From Felis catus (taxonomy: Eukaryota): DNA of 64,000 nt. The notes under the pieces were generated by a model. The model worked only from the letters and a program-made list of their open reading frames with translations, had not been told where the DNA came from and ran no database searches. Each line of letters opens with the position of its first letter. Position 1 is the stretch's first letter. The stretch spans positions 139,810,001 through 139,874,000 of the forward strand of contig NC_058375.1 of NCBI RefSeq assembly GCF_018350175.1, in the 5' to 3' direction. The translations under genes were made by a program, and so were the position numbers. Below are positions 49,083 through 63,400 of the stretch, one piece after another.

Positions 49083-49274
49083 TTAAATTTATTTATTTTG
49101 AGAGAGAGTGCACACAAGCAGGGGAGAGGCAGAGAGGAGAGAGAGAATCCGAAGCAGGCTCCACTCTCTCAGCACAGAGCCCGATGCAGGGCTCGAACCC
49201 ATGAACCATGAGATCATGATCTCAGCTAAAATCCAGAGTCAGATGCTTAACCGACTGAACCGCCCAGGCACCCC
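49083..49274 (-). mobile_element. Can-SINE (adjacent to a MER5-like fragment at ~48970-49050)
   Basis: SINEC body. Confidence 0.92.
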
Positions 49275-49880
49275 AAACAAACAACACCCCAGAAAGCATA
49301 AGACATGCTCAAGTATAAGAAGCACTGGTATAGAGCATCTGAGTTGTTTAACTGTGAAAGGTCGCTTTCTCAGTGCTGAATCCTTTCTCCTGGTCATATT
49401 TTTCATGTGTACATTTTGACCCTTAATAAACATGTTAGTTCTTTGACATTTTAATAATTTAAACCTCTTTCTAAAATTTTCTTTTTATTAGAAATTACCA
49501 CATTCTTATTATAGAAGCTTCAGGAAATACAGAAAAGTATGCATAAGGAGCAATTTATCCCTCAAGTACACTTATTCATAACATTTAAAGGGACATTTTC
49601 TGTCTTCTCTATGCATAATTTTTTTTTAAAACTTCATGTTTCTGTTCCCCACCCCCCCTCCCCCGCGCACCAATTGTAGACCTTCTATATTACCCTTGTG
49701 GAAAATAAAGGAAAGAGGAAAACATAAGAGACAAAAACCATCCTTTATATACAGGTGTTTGGGGGTTACATAGTATTATGACGCAGTATTTCAGTCTTTG
49801 CTTCTTTCTTTTGGTTTTAGAGGATCTTCTCAGATAATCTCTGTTTTTAGTTCTTATGAGACTTACAGGTTCTGTTCTTA

Positions 49881-50081
49881 TTTTTTATTTATTTTTAACA
49901 TTTATTTATTTTTGAGAGAGAGAGAGTGGGAGCAGGAGAGGGGCAGAGAGATAAGGGAACAGAGAATCTGAAGCAGGCTCTCTCAGCACAGAGCCTGATG
50001 TGGGGCTCGATCTCACGAACCATGAGGTCATGACCTGAGCTGAAGTCAGACACTTAACTGACTGTGCCACCCAGGTGGCCC
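49881..50081 (-). mobile_element. Can-SINE
   Basis: SINEC body; flanking cttatttttta. Confidence 0.92.
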
Positions 50082-52365
50082 TCCACTTATTTTTTAAAAT
50101 TTTATGTAATTTAAATAGATTTCTATTTATTAATTTTATATAATCTATTTTATAATCATTAATGCCTCAAATAGTTATTTCCCGGTTAGAATGGAGAATT
50201 TGTTAACTTCTTTGTGCAATTGAAAAATTTAATTGACTTCTTACCATTGGGGCATTGTTTTATATTATTTATGAATCCTCTTTGACCAGAAACTTCTTGG
50301 TGAGTAGCAAAGCCTTTGCTTTTGATGATGTGTGACTACCCTGCTCTCAACTTGCCTGATAGGTTGTCTTCTGAAGGAGAAAAGGAGGGACTGGTTGGAT
50401 TCCAAGATTCAATGATACCAAGAGAAAATCCTTTTTTTTCTTAGGTTTACTGAGTAGAAACTTCTAGATGATTGGGGAACACCACTGCAAGGAAGCAGGG
50501 TTTTTGTTACTTGGGTGCTTTGCTGAGACTAGAAAAATGGAAGACAATCTTTGTCCAAATTTCTGCTTTTTTAGGTAGTCTGGGAATAAATTGGCATGTG
50601 ACTTTTAACATCTGTAGAATAACTGGCTTCAGCGTTTGAGGCAGGGCAGGGGACATCTGGTTGTGATTTTCCCTGTAACGTCGTTACCATGCTTTGTTTT
50701 GAAATACATCATTGCCCTTGATATTGCAGAATGTATTATGTTAAGTAAAGAATTCACTGCATTTTTTATGTCCGTGGACTAGACTCTTTCCCCAAGTCTG
50801 GTTGTTGCAAGTGTACTTCATACAATTTACCATCCAGAGGAACACAGTTCAGAAGCTAAAGTAACCAACTAACAGGTATTTCCAAATTTCGAACTTTATT
50901 TGACTTTTTTCAGAGAATATTAATAGGGATTTAATGTATATTTCTAAAAATTCTAAGTAATATCTGTAAAAATTCTCTCCCATCTCTCCTGCCTCGCACC
51001 GTTCCAGATCACCTCGTACCTTTCTGAAGTTCCAGTCACATCTTTACCTGCAGTCTTTATTATGTAGATCGCTTTAGTCCTACTGACTTCTTTTAGTTTT
51101 CTTTCTGATAATTTCCAACGAGAGATAGCCATGAAATGAGCCACCAACAGGAGTTTGTCCATTTTGTGGGTGGGGAGGGGGCGTGGCCTTGAAGAACCTG
51201 ATGGGGGAGGGATTGTGACAAGTGGTTAATAATAGCTGTTTTCTGTTACACATGCTTCAGAGTATGCCCTGTGGTCCGTGCTTGTTGCCTTGGTGACACA
51301 GACTGTGTGTTCTTTAAGAACAGTGGAGTCACTGCACCGAACTATTGAGAATTTATGAGTGTTTTTTCATTGGAATACTGTTTACGATATACACGAAACT
51401 GGTTGATTAGGACTGAATGGAATTGAAAGATAGCAGATCTTAAGGCACCACCCCCAAACCCTGCTGTGTCACAGATCTTGGCTGATAGCATCTTCTTCAT
51501 GTGGAGAAGCTGGTTGGGCAGGAAGGATGTGTGGTCTGGATATTGCAGTAGCCAGCTTGGCATTTAAACTTGCCAAAGACTTTTGGGGCATTGCAACATT
51601 TAAAAAAATGTCCCTGTGGTGAATTTCAATGCTTTTCTCTCCTGTAATTCTGCATGTTATTCTTTTATACCAGCGTGACATCTTTTTATAGCATTGTTGC
51701 ACATCCAGTTGCCCGTGGTGCTAAGCTGTGTTCTCCACTGTGGTGCTCGGTCCCAGTTCTATAGAAGCTACTCTCAAAGCCACAAACAGTTTTCATTTTT
51801 ATTAATAGAAACTTAGGATTTTTTTCCCAGGCAAATATGTTGGCTTTTTCTTTCTCTTTTCTTTTCTTTTGTAGGTTGGCTTTTTTTCTTCTTTTTGTTG
51901 TTCTCTTGAAATATAGAGATATGCATTTTTTGAAGAATAACTACTGTGGAGTTTTAAGTAAATGAAAATTTGGTAAATGGGTGGCTTTTCTCTGTGATGG
52001 ATAAACAGGTATGTGTTTTAGAAGCATACATCTCGCTCTCTGCTTCTCTCTGATTTTGTTTCTTACATCTCTCCCTGTGAATGTTAGGCTCCAGCCACAC
52101 TGGCTTCTTTGATGTTCCCCAACATGCCAGCCGTGATCTGCCACAGGACCTTTGTATTTAATGCTGTCTTGAATGCTTTTCCCCATTTATCTGCAAAGCT
52201 GGCTCCTTCCCACTCTTCAGACTCAAATATGAGCTTCTCACTGTTCTTGGCTACCTGTAATTCATCTGTAATTTTACCCCCTTCTTTGGCCCTGTAATAT
52301 TTTATATCCTGCTTCCTTCTTTTTTCTTTTCTTCTCCTTACCGCTTGTTAGCATTTAACACAGTA

Positions 52366-52670
52366 CAGTTGACTCATGAACAACAAGGGGGTTAGGGATA
52401 CCAACCCCTGGGCTGAAAAANNNNNNNNNNNNNNNNNNNNNNNNNNNNNNNNNNNNNNNNNNNNNNNNNNNNNNNNNNNNNNNNNNNNNNNNNNNNNNNN
52501 NNNNNNNNNNNNNNNNNNNNNNNNNNNNNNNNNNNNNNNNNNNNNNNNNNTAATGTCAAGAATATCACAAGAAAGAGAAAATATGTTTACAGTACTGTAC
52601 TGTATTGAAGAAAATCCACATGTAAGTGGACCAGAGAAGTTAAAACCTGCTGTAGTTCAAGGTCCAGCTG
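52366..52670. mobile_element. Tigger (Tc1/mariner; Tigger2-like) MITE inside an L2, with an internal gap
   Basis: TA|CAGTTGACTCATGAACAAC...GTAGTTCAAGGTCCAGCTG|TA: imperfect TIRs and a TA target duplication. Confidence 0.8.
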
Positions 52671-54604
52671 TATAAATTTTACTTATTGTTGATCTCTCTT
52701 TGTCTCTCATTAGAGTATAACTTTCCTGAGGGCATGGTAGGGTTTATTCCCTCTTGTATTCCCAGTGCCTAGAATGGTGCCTGTACCATCAAATGACTAT
52801 GATGTCATCACATAAAGTACTTGATAAATGAAGGCTGGAGGGAAGGAAGAAAGGCTGTGAGTGACTCTTGTTGGCTTCCCCCTGTCATAATTGACCTCCC
52901 CCACATTTTAGACAACCCAGTGTAAGCTAGCAATCAGCCCACTCCCTACACGGCACAGCCTGATCTTGAGGTAAATTTGGAGGCTCCCAGGTTCTGGCAG
53001 TCTTCACGGTTGGTGAATTGTCATTAGTATTTGGTGTATAGAGGCATGTTCCGCGAAACCAGTAAACGCCCCCTCTCTACACGGTTCTACTATTTCATAC
53101 ATTTCCAAGAAGTCAACAGGTAGTAATAGATACAGCCTGATTGATTTCTGGAAGGGTAAAGACAGAGTGTATTTGCTGTGAGATAGGTAAATGGAATCTT
53201 TGGCACTGAGATTCCATTATCTTTTCTCCACGGATAAAAGGTGTATGACTTACTGACCATTTAATCCCACACACAGCATTAACAGTAGTGATAGGTGAGG
53301 GGTGTGTGAGGAGAGGGACTTGTAAATAAGAAGATGATAGGAGTGTAAAACCCAGTTTGGCAGGGTCTGCCTGGGATTTTTCTGAGTCCCTGGCAATACT
53401 TAATTAACTGCAAACATTCTATTCAAGATAAGACTATAACAGTTGCCTTGGGGAAAATTCTTTTGAGTCAATATTTGTTTGATCTTTCATATAGTATTTT
53501 GGCTCTGCTGTTTGTGCTATAGCAAAGTTCCTATTATAAATGCCATTTTCAAGGATTTGCTGTATTTACACATCAGGTCAGTCCTGGAAGGATTAGAATC
53601 ACTGTTTAAATAGAGACTCTAAGGAGTTTCAAACAAATCTTTAACAGTGGAAACCTTATGTTTCAGCCAGTTGACAAATAATTATTAAAAACTGGGTTAA
53701 GTGGTTCGGGGGATCTCAAAATACAGAATAAGATCTTTGCCCTCAGTTGGCTTATAATCTAGCTGTGGGAATAAGGCTTTAATCAGTCAATGTGAGACAA
53801 GATTTATGTGCTAAATAATAATGATGGCTACATTGCTGGATGACAAATAGCACTGAGCACGGTCTTAGGGGTTTTCTAACCACGAACTCACTCATGTTGT
53901 CTTTCCAGTAGCCCAGTGAGGCAGGCGCTACTGGCTTAGAGTGAATTTTGCATAAATAGACAGTGCTGTGAGAGTTTGGAGAAAGGGGGACCAGGGAAGC
54001 AGAAACACGTGAAGGAAAACTTTAAGAAGGACGTCTCTCAATCTACATCTGAAAACCGGGAATGGCTGTGTAAGGGGAAGGAGGAAAAAAAAGGGCATAA
54101 TGGGCATTTGTTGCTTTTGCTTGTAAAATCATTTGTGTCTCTTGAAAGTTCTTTTAGTCTTCCTAGACTCTCAGCACACGTGCTTCTGCTGAAGGGGGCT
54201 ATAAACAAATACGTAGGCAAAACATGCAGGAGGTCAGTGTGATAAGTGCTTTGAGGAAAAACAAAGACAGAAAAAGGAAACAGTGCTGAGGTGGTGGAGG
54301 AGGGGATCTGTAATTTTAAATAGGGTGGTCAGGGAACACTAACTGAGGCATTTGAGTGAAGATTGGAGGAGAGAGAAAGAGCTCTCCTGTGGGAAGAGCT
54401 TTCTAGGCCAAGGGAATGGTGGGTGCAAAGGCCCTGGGGTGGCAACTTCCCTGATTTGTTCAAGAAACATCAGAGTGGCTACAGAATACTAAGCAGGGAG
54501 GAGAATGGTAGCAGGTGACGTCTTCATAGGCAATGCATGCCTCGTCACCATTGCTTTTGGTGGTGCTGTGATGTAGGAGGAGCTGGTGTGAGTTTTGAGT
54601 AAGT

Positions 54605-55145
54605 GGAATGGGTCTTCCACAGCTGTAACTACTTTCTCCAGCCACGTGCAGCTGTAGCTCCTTTGGCTTTTAACCGGCAGCAGCTCTCAGTTCCTGATCC
54701 GTTGCTGACGTGGGCAGAGGTGTTTTGGCAGCTTCATACCCACTGCCTGGCAGGTAAGAACTCAGCCACACAAGCTCGGGCCCTGGGTGAGAGCACCCAT
54801 ATGCGCTGGAGACACCCTTGCCACAACCCTCACAATATATTCTCGTTCTGCGTTTCTTCTATTTCTTGCTTGGCACAGGCATTCCTGCTGGAACCACAGC
54901 CCTCTTGGCTGGGTCTTTGGCTCTGTCTGGTTCTCACCATCCTCTCTGCCAGGACTACTCCTCTGTTGCTGGGAGTTAGTGCTGGTTCTGGGCTGTATCT
55001 GAAGCTTTTGGGGTCTCTGGGGAGAGTTAGGAAGAGCCACTACGCTGCTAGGGGCTCCTTTCCCTTCCCTCTCCCCCTCCCCTTCCCCCTCACCAATGAT
55101 TTTGGTTCTCTTTCTACTATTGCCATGTCTCCCTAGATAACAGAC
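54605..55145. mobile_element. Old ERVL LTR (LTR16/LTR33-like) in an L2 remnant
   Basis: cctttggcttttaaccggcagcagctc...ccctgggtgagagcacccat...ttgccatgtctccctagataacag. Confidence 0.45.
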
Positions 55146-55972
55146 GTGGAGACTGGAATTGGGTGTGGTTGACTCTGGGTCTTTAGACACACCTGCTGGA
55201 CTGTTGCCATAACCCCTTTAGGCAGGGCTATGACATGGGTTTCCGTCCAGCCTGCATTTGTCTTTGATCCTTTACCTTTATCCGGTGCAGCTGGTCTGCT
55301 CAGTCACAAGCACAGACCATACCTGAGAGGGAGAGGATGGGAATCCAGGAGGGACTCCACCTGGGGTGGAGGATGAAGACCCCCCACCAGGGCGACAGCA
55401 GTGTGAGTGGAGAAAGAGGGCGGAAGTGAGAGATCTGGGGGAAGGAAGCCTCAACAGAATGTGGTAGAGTCTGCTTTGTGGTGACTTGGTAAAAAATAGA
55501 GTCAAAGCAGGCATTTCAGGATTTACAGATGAATATTGATTCAGAAGTTGCTAATGCAGTGAGCACTTTCAGAGAGTCCTAGAGCTGAGTCATGACCAAG
55601 TTATTTAAGAAGACTGTGTTTACCCTGGAGACCCTGTGAGGGTGCAGGTGGGGCCAGGTTAATATGGGTTAAGATGAAAACAGATGGTCTAGTTAATGTT
55701 TACTGTAAGGGTCAGCTGGAGGGTCACTTCTGTGAGGACACACCCATGAGAACACATACTGACACACATAGTCTCGCCCATTCCTGCTTTTGGTTTCTGA
55801 TTTCAGCTGCAGTTGCTTCTGTATTGATCTAAAAGTCCAACTTGACTGCTGTTTGTAGGAACAGTTATAGAGCAAATAGGTCCAACTTAACAGAGGTTGG
55901 GTGATCTAAAGTTCTCTGCCATTTTCTCCCTGTTCCCAGCAGTGGGACTGGAGTTACTAGGGTGCACATAGA

Positions 55973-56010
<38 letters not shown>

Positions 56011-56343
56011 GAATCTAGTATGAAGGAAGGTATGCTATGGGGCCCTTCCAGTGCTGGAGAAGAGTAATTGGGTTGAAAAGGGTTATGACAATAAAAATGT
56101 AATGTTGGCATGATTCTAGAAGATGGGTGAACTAAGGCATGTTCCCTCTGAAGAAAAATGGTAGGTTATTTAAGGTATGTGGTCTCCTGGGCTCACCATT
56201 TACTTTCCTGGGAATGGATTAATTTCAGTTAATGTTTATTGAGCTTTCAGAATATCCTATGAAATGCTTTAAAGTTTTAAAATATAATTTGTTTTCTGAA
56301 TGGGTAATTGATTCATGTGGTTCAACATTTAAAAGCTGCAAAA

Positions 56344-56480
56344 GGGGCTTCTGGATGGTTCAGTCCATTGGGTGTCAGACTCTTGATCTCTCCTCAGATC
56401 TTGATCTCAAGCCCTGTGTTGGGCTTCACAAGGGGTGTCAAGCCTACTGAAAAAAAAATAAAAAAGAAAGAAAAATAAAT
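56344..56480 (+). mobile_element. Short Can-SINE
   Basis: Perfect TSD aaaagctgcaaaa (56331-56343 and 56481-56493). Confidence 0.88.
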
Positions 56481-56628
56481 AAAAGCTGCAAAACAATATT
56501 CAGTGAAACCCTCCCACTTCTCTAGTAGGCCAGTTCCTTCCTCAAGGCAACCCATGTTACCATTTTCTGATGTATTTCAGAATCTATCAGTGTTAATAAT
56601 ATTAAAAAAACAAAACCAAAAACAATGT

Positions 56629-56837
56629 GGGGCACTTGGGTGGCTCAGTGGGTTAAGCATCCCACTCTTGATTTTTGGCTCAGGTCACGATCTCACAGTT
56701 TGTGAGTTTGAGCCAGAGTCAGGCTCTGTGCTGAAAGCACAGAGGCTGCTTGGGATTGTTTCTCTCCTGTGTAGCTCTCTGCTCCTGCCCCACTTGCATG
56801 CATGCACACACACTCTCAATAAATAAACTTAAAAAAA
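56629..56837 (+). mobile_element. Can-SINE
   Basis: SINEC head, body and A tail. Confidence 0.92.
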
Positions 56838-56959
56838 TGTCTTCTCTAAGCAGCTTGCCTTTAATAAAATAAAGGGAGGTAATCCTTTATAGCCATTTGT
56901 AAACTTAATTATAATTCCACTGATTATAAAATTCCTAGATGCTGAAATCTATATATTTG

Positions 56960-57108
56960 CTACACAGAGTGTGGTCTACACTGCGAGCCCTGGGGGCTTG
57001 CTAGGATGCAGTATCTCAGACACCACCCCCAACCTCCTGAATCAGAATCAGACTTTCATAGATCACAGGTGATTCAGAGGCACATCGAAGTTTTGAAGCC
57101 ACTGCTGT
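56960..57108. mobile_element. MER5-like MITE
   Basis: gctacacagagtgtggtc...cctgaatcagaatc...caggtgattc...aagttttgaagccactg. Confidence 0.7.
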
Positions 57109-60100
57109 GATTCATTTCCACAGCATTGGTCTCAGGTGGCAGAGTGACTGAGGTCCACATGGAATGGGGAGGGGGAGACCCTCTTAGAAGTAGAGTTCTC
57201 CCCACATCACTCTTCATATTTGTTGCTACAGTTAAATGATGGTGATCGCTTCTTAATTTGTGGCCACAGATCTAGGTGGTCTATACATTTTGTGATTATG
57301 ATCTGTGAAATTGAAAATTTTTCCCTTTACTTCATTTCTCATGAGTTCTCAAATCTTTGGCACTTGCTGTAACTTCCTTATGGGGCCGTGCTGGTGCTAA
57401 GTAAATACACTATAAACAAATAATAGAAAAAACAGCCAGTCAGGTTTACATTGACAACTTGTATTTTGATGGATACATGTGTTTATGACTGTGGTTTTGT
57501 ATTGTTTTGCAGTATGTGTACATTTGATTAAACTTCATGTTTCTGAGATGAGCCATTAGTGTATATGTTTGGGCTAATCTCAGTGTGATGGAATTAAATA
57601 GGTCATGGGATTCTGAAAAAAGACCAACCTTTAAAAAGTGATCAAACTTCTGGCGGGGTTGGGAGGAGAAGGAAACTTGTTCTTTGTGAATGGAGAAAGA
57701 GGGCCAAAATTACTGGAAGCCTATGATAGATGTACCTGTAAACTAGTGCAAACAATTAGACTATGACTGAGTTTGACTAGGAACTTGTGAAAAATTTAAC
57801 AAAAAGGAAGTAAGAATGTAGGTCATAACTATATTTAGGGAAGGTGGGTAATTAAAAAAATGTTTCTAATCACTAAAGGATTTATATTCTACAGAATATA
57901 AGAGATACATATGAGATACATATATAATCCATAAGTATCCTAAACCATGCTAATGGAATACTTTGGGGGAAGGTCGTGGCAGAGTTGGAGGATGAATGAA
58001 AACCGGCAGAAACAAAAGCAAGCAGTAAGGAAACTTTACCCTCTTACAGGTGAGACAACTACTGCCTAGGCAGTTGGGGCCAATTCTGCAGAAGGAGGCA
58101 GGAGGCTGAAGGGAGGAGCAAGTCCAGGAGAGGAAGGGATTTTATAGGGAAGAATGAGTATCAAATATGGGAAAGTGAAATGTCAGGATTTAACACTGAA
58201 ATGCATGAGAACCTTTTTGGCTGTGTGTTACTGACAACTGCAAAATCGTTTGCTCATTTGGATAATTACTCACACCTGGACTAATTCTAACTCTAGAAAT
58301 ATATTTTCAAGCAATGTCTGAAGTTAAAAAAAAAATCTTTGGCATAAAGATGTTCTTTAAGGTATAGCTTACAATAAAAATGGAAAGTGAGTTAATTGTC
58401 TAACCAAAAGGGAATGGATAAGTAAATTGTACAGCCATAGGATGGGATGCTTTACAGCTACTGCAATATTTATGATGTCTTCTAAATTAGGTATGAAGCA
58501 GGACAACGATTGTTTGGAAAAACAGGAAGCAATGTTAGTGGTGGTTGTGTGATGGGATTTTCTAAAGACTGTTCTGGATCTAATGTGCTATAGTGAGAAT
58601 GTACTATGTGGAAAAAGTAAAGAAATCCTCACCCTAATTTTAAAAAAGGACTAAGAGTTGAAAATGGACAAAACTTGTGTGTCATTATTCAGTGGAAGAT
58701 GTTATAATGAATATTTGAAATCTGAGGTGTTCAAGGCATTTTTGTAAATTCCTTAGAATGTGCTGGGGTTGGAGTTAGTTAGGTAGAGAGGTGGGAGGAG
58801 GAAGAAGCTCTCCATAGGGAGAAGTGAGAACCTTCCTAACCTAGAATGCGCATAGATGGCCCCCATGTGCTTCTGGCTGTAGATAGCCAAGCCGCTGGCT
58901 GGCTGGAATGGACGGCCACGGACGACTTCGTGGCCAGTGTCCTGTTAAATGCCACAGAATGCTCTGACAGCTCCTTTTTAATTCCCAGGAAGTCCCTTGC
59001 AATAATGAGGTGATGAGGCAAGAAACCCTAGTGGGGGTGCACTCGAACATTAGTGGCCCCCAGGGATGTCTGCAGGAAGCTCTGGAGAGCAGTGCAACTT
59101 CAGGACTTTGCAGTAGCCCGGGGAGGTGAGGGCTTTGGTGTCTGATGTGGCTTAAATAGCCATCTGGACATAATAGATTAACTTTAAGAAATATGTTCCC
59201 TTTGTATTGGGAGACCATTGTATTTCTGTAACACTTTGACTTTTTAAAAAAATTTTATTTTATTTACTTAAAAAGACTGTGACATAGAGCAAGAAGTAGT
59301 AACTATGATTCTTAAAAATTTCTCTAGGACTCTACAGGAGCCATTCTAAGGGCTGTTCTTTAAAGTGATTTGAAGCGAGTGGCTTTTAAGGTTTTTGTCC
59401 TTTTTTCTCCTGTGTATTTAATGCCCGTGAGCATGTCCACATGAACACATGCAGAGAGGATTGCCCCATGTTTGGGCTTACCCGTGCCACAGTGAAAAAT
59501 CAACACCATTAGTACAGTGTGTGAGCCCCTATCCTCCAAGTGCTGGCTATCTTTTCAGTGGATAAATTGTGAATTTAAAAACATAAAACTGAAGTTAATC
59601 ACACTGCCATCTACCTTTCAGCTTGTCATTTGCTGAAAGTGATCTGATGTCATTGAGGAAGAAGGGCGATTGGAATGCATCCAGTCCTGGTGGTGTAGCC
59701 TGTGGCTAAAACTGAGCCGCTGTACCTTGAAGCAAAAGGTGCTGCTGGTTTAACAGGCTGTTTATGAACTGTTCAGCCCTCCATGGGAAAGGGAAATCCT
59801 AGAAGTCACATGAATGTGACCGTGAACACTTAGTTTGCCTGGTAGGCTGGCTGGACAAGGTCGGTCGTAGTTCCACAATGTCAGGCCAAAAGAGGGTCCT
59901 GGAAGGACTGAGGGAATCTCCTATGTAGGTGAATGCTGCCCTCACCTTGCACCACTGCCCTCTGCCTGCCCGCCCTCCCCCCCCCCCCCCCCCCCCCGAA
60001 AGGTACCATGATCCCTGGATAGAGGCCTGTTTCCCCCTCTGTAACCAGATCCGCATCTGTATTGATCTTTGCTTCCCTCTCTGTTCATGAAATGCTTTGC

Positions 60101-60437
60101 CCATACCATCTGTCTGTATGTTGGGGGCCATAATTCCTTTCTGTAAAGCAGTGATTTGAAATGTGGAGTTGTCTGCCAGAATAATAAGTGCAGTCTCTTG
60201 AAGTTACCTGGTCCTTCGGGTCTTAAATCAGTGACCTTGGTTTGTTCAAGCTATATATTGGTCTGCTTCTAAGGTTGGCACACACACTAAGGGGAACACT
60301 CCTGTACATTCTACCTGAGAGGAGCCTAGGGCCCAGCCTCTGCTACTAACTTCAAGGAGAGTCATGAGAACTGACTAATTTTAAAATTCAGAAGAGCAAA
60401 TAGAAATTTCTAAAATAGCAGTCATTAAATTTTCACC

Positions 60438-63400
60438 TTTATTTTTATTTTATTTATTTATTTATTTTTTAATATGAAATTTATTGACAAATTGGTTTCC
60501 ATACAACACCCAGTGCTCATCCCAAAAGGTGCCCTCCTCAATACCCATCCCCCACCCTCTCCTCCCTCCCACCCCCCATCAACCCTCAGTTTGTTCTCAG
60601 TTTTTAACAGTCTCTTATGCTTTGGCTCTCTCCCACTCTAACCTGTTTTTTTTTTTTTTTCCTTCCCCTCCCCCATGGGTTCCTGTTAAGTTTCTCAGGA
60701 TCCACATAAGAGTGAAACCATATGGTATCTGTCTTTCTCTGTATGGCTTATTTCACTTAGCATCACACTCTCCAGTTCCATCCACGTTGCTACAAAAGGC
60801 CATATTTCATTTCTTCTCATTGCCATGTAATATTCCATTGTGTATATAAACCACAATTTCTTTATCCATTCATCAGCTGATGGACATTTAGGCTCTTTCC
60901 ATAATTTGGCTATTGTTGAGAGTGCTGCTATGAACATTGGGGTACAAGTGGCCCTATGCATCAGTACTCCTGTATCCCTTGGATAAATTCCTAGCAGTGC
61001 TATTGCTGGGTCATAGGGTAGGTCTATTTTTAATTTTCTGAGGAACCTCCACACTGCTTTCCAGAGCGGCTGCACCAATTTGCATTCCCACCAACAGTGC
61101 AAGAGGGTTCCCGTTCCTCCACATCCTCTCCAGCATCTAGAGTCTCCTGCTTTGTTCATTTTGGCCACTCTGACTGGCGNNNNNNNNNNNNNNNNNNNNN
61201 NNNNNNNNNNNNNNNNNNNNNNNNNNNNNNNNNNNNNNNNNNNNNNNNNNNNNNNNNNNNNNNNNNNNNNNNNNNNNNNNNNNNNNNNNNNNNNNNNNNN
61301 NNNNNNNNNNNGTTATTTGTTTTTCGGGTGTGGAGTTTGGTGAGCTCTTTATAGATTTTGGATACTAGCCCTTTGTCCGATATGTCATTTGCAAATATCT
61401 TTTCCCATTCCGTTGGTTGCCTTTTAGTTTTGTTGATTGTTTCCTTTGCTGTGCAGAAGCTTTTTATCTTCATAAGGTCCCAGTAATTCACTTTTGCTTC
61501 TAATTCCCTTGCCTTTGGGGATGTGTCAAGTAAGAGATTGCTACGTCTGAGGTCAGAGAGGTCTTTTCCTGCTTTCTCCTCTAAGGTTTTGATGGTTTCC
61601 TGTCTCACATTTAGGTCCTTTATCCATTTTGAGTTTATTTTTGTGAATGGTGTGAGAAAGTGGTCTAGTTTCAACCTTCTGCATGTTGCTGTCCAGTTCT
61701 CCCAGCACCATTTGTTAAAGAGACTGTCTTTTTTCCATTGGATGTTCTTTCCTGCTTTGTCAAAGATGAGTTGGCCATACGTTTGTGGGTCTAGTTCTGG
61801 GGTTTCTATTCTGTTCCATTGGTCTATGTGTCTGTTTTTGTGCCAATACCATGCTGTCTTGATGATGACAGCTTTGTAGTAGAGGCTAAAGTCTGGGATT
61901 GTGATGCCTCCTGCTTTGGTCTTCTTCTTCAAAATTACTTTGGCTATTCGGGGCCTTTTGTGGTTCCATATGAATTTTAGGATTGCTTGTTCTAGTTTCG
62001 AGAAGAATGCTGGTGCAATTTTGATTGGGATTGCATTGAATGTGTAGATAGCTTTGGGTAGTATTGACATTTTGACAATATTTATTTTTCCAATCCAAGA
62101 GCAGGGAATGTCTTTCCATTTCTTTAAATCTTCTTCAATTTCCTTCATAAGCTTTCTATAGTTTTCAGCATACAGATCCTTTACATCTTTGGTTAGATTT
62201 ATTCCTAGGTATTTTATGTTTCTTGGTGCAGTTGTGAATGGGATCAGTTTCTTTATTTGTCTTTCTGTTGCTTCATTGTTAGTGTATAAGAATGCAACTG
62301 ATTTCTGTACATTGATTTTTGTATCCTGCAACGTTGCTGAATTCCTGTATCAGTTCTAGCAGACTTTTGGTGGAGTCTATCGGATTTTCCATGTATAATA
62401 TCATGTCATCTGCAAAAAGCGAAAGCTTGACTTTGTCTTTGCCAATTTTGATGCCTTTGATTTCCTTTTGTTGTCTGATTGCTGATGCTAGAACTTCCAG
62501 CACTATGTTAAACAGCAGTGGTGAGAGTGGGCATCCTTGTCGTGTTCCTGATCTCAGGGAAAAAGCTCTCAGTTTTTCCCCGTTGAGGATGATGTTAGCT
62601 GTGGGCTTTTCATAAATGGCTTTTATGATCTTTAAGTATGTTCCTTCTATCCCGACTTTCTCAAGGGTTTTTATTAAGAAAGGGTGCTGGATTTTGTCAA
62701 AGGCCTTTTCTGCATCGATTGACAGGATCATATGGTTCTTCTCTTTTTTTTTTGTTAATGTGATGTATCACGTTGATTGATTTGCGAATGTTGAACCAGC
62801 CCTGCATCCCAGAAATGAATCCCACTTGATCATGGTGAATAATTCTTTTTATATGCCGTTGAATTCGATTTGCTAGTATCTTATTGAGAATTTTTGCATC
62901 CATATTCATCAGGGATATTGGCCTGTAGTTCTCTTTTTTGACTGGGTCTCTGTCTGGTTTAGGAATCAAAGTAATACTGGCTTCATAGAATGAGTCTGGA
63001 AGTTTTCCTTCCCTTTCTATTTCTTGGAATAGCTTGAGAAGGATAGGTATTATCTCTGCTTTAAACGTCTGGTAGAACTCCCCTGGGAAGCCATCTGGTC
63101 CTGGACTCTTATTTGTTGGGAGATTTTTGATAACCGATTCAATTTCTTCACTGGTTATGGGTCTGTTCAAGCTTTCTATTTCCTCCTGGTTGAGTTTTGG
63201 AAGAGTGTGGGTGTTCAGGAATTTGTCCATTTCTTCCAGGTTGTCCAATTTGTTGGCATATAATTTTTCATAGTATTCCCTGATAATTGTTTGTATCTCT
63301 GAGGGATTGGTTGTAATAATTCCATTTTCATTCATGATTTTATCTATTTGGGTCATTTCCCTTTTCTTTTTGAGAAGCCTGGCTAGAGGTTTGTCAATTT

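Noticed and set aside
54603-55190. 177-aa and 142-aa opposing ORFs
   Set aside because: They lie within an old LTR-like element and have no protein motif.
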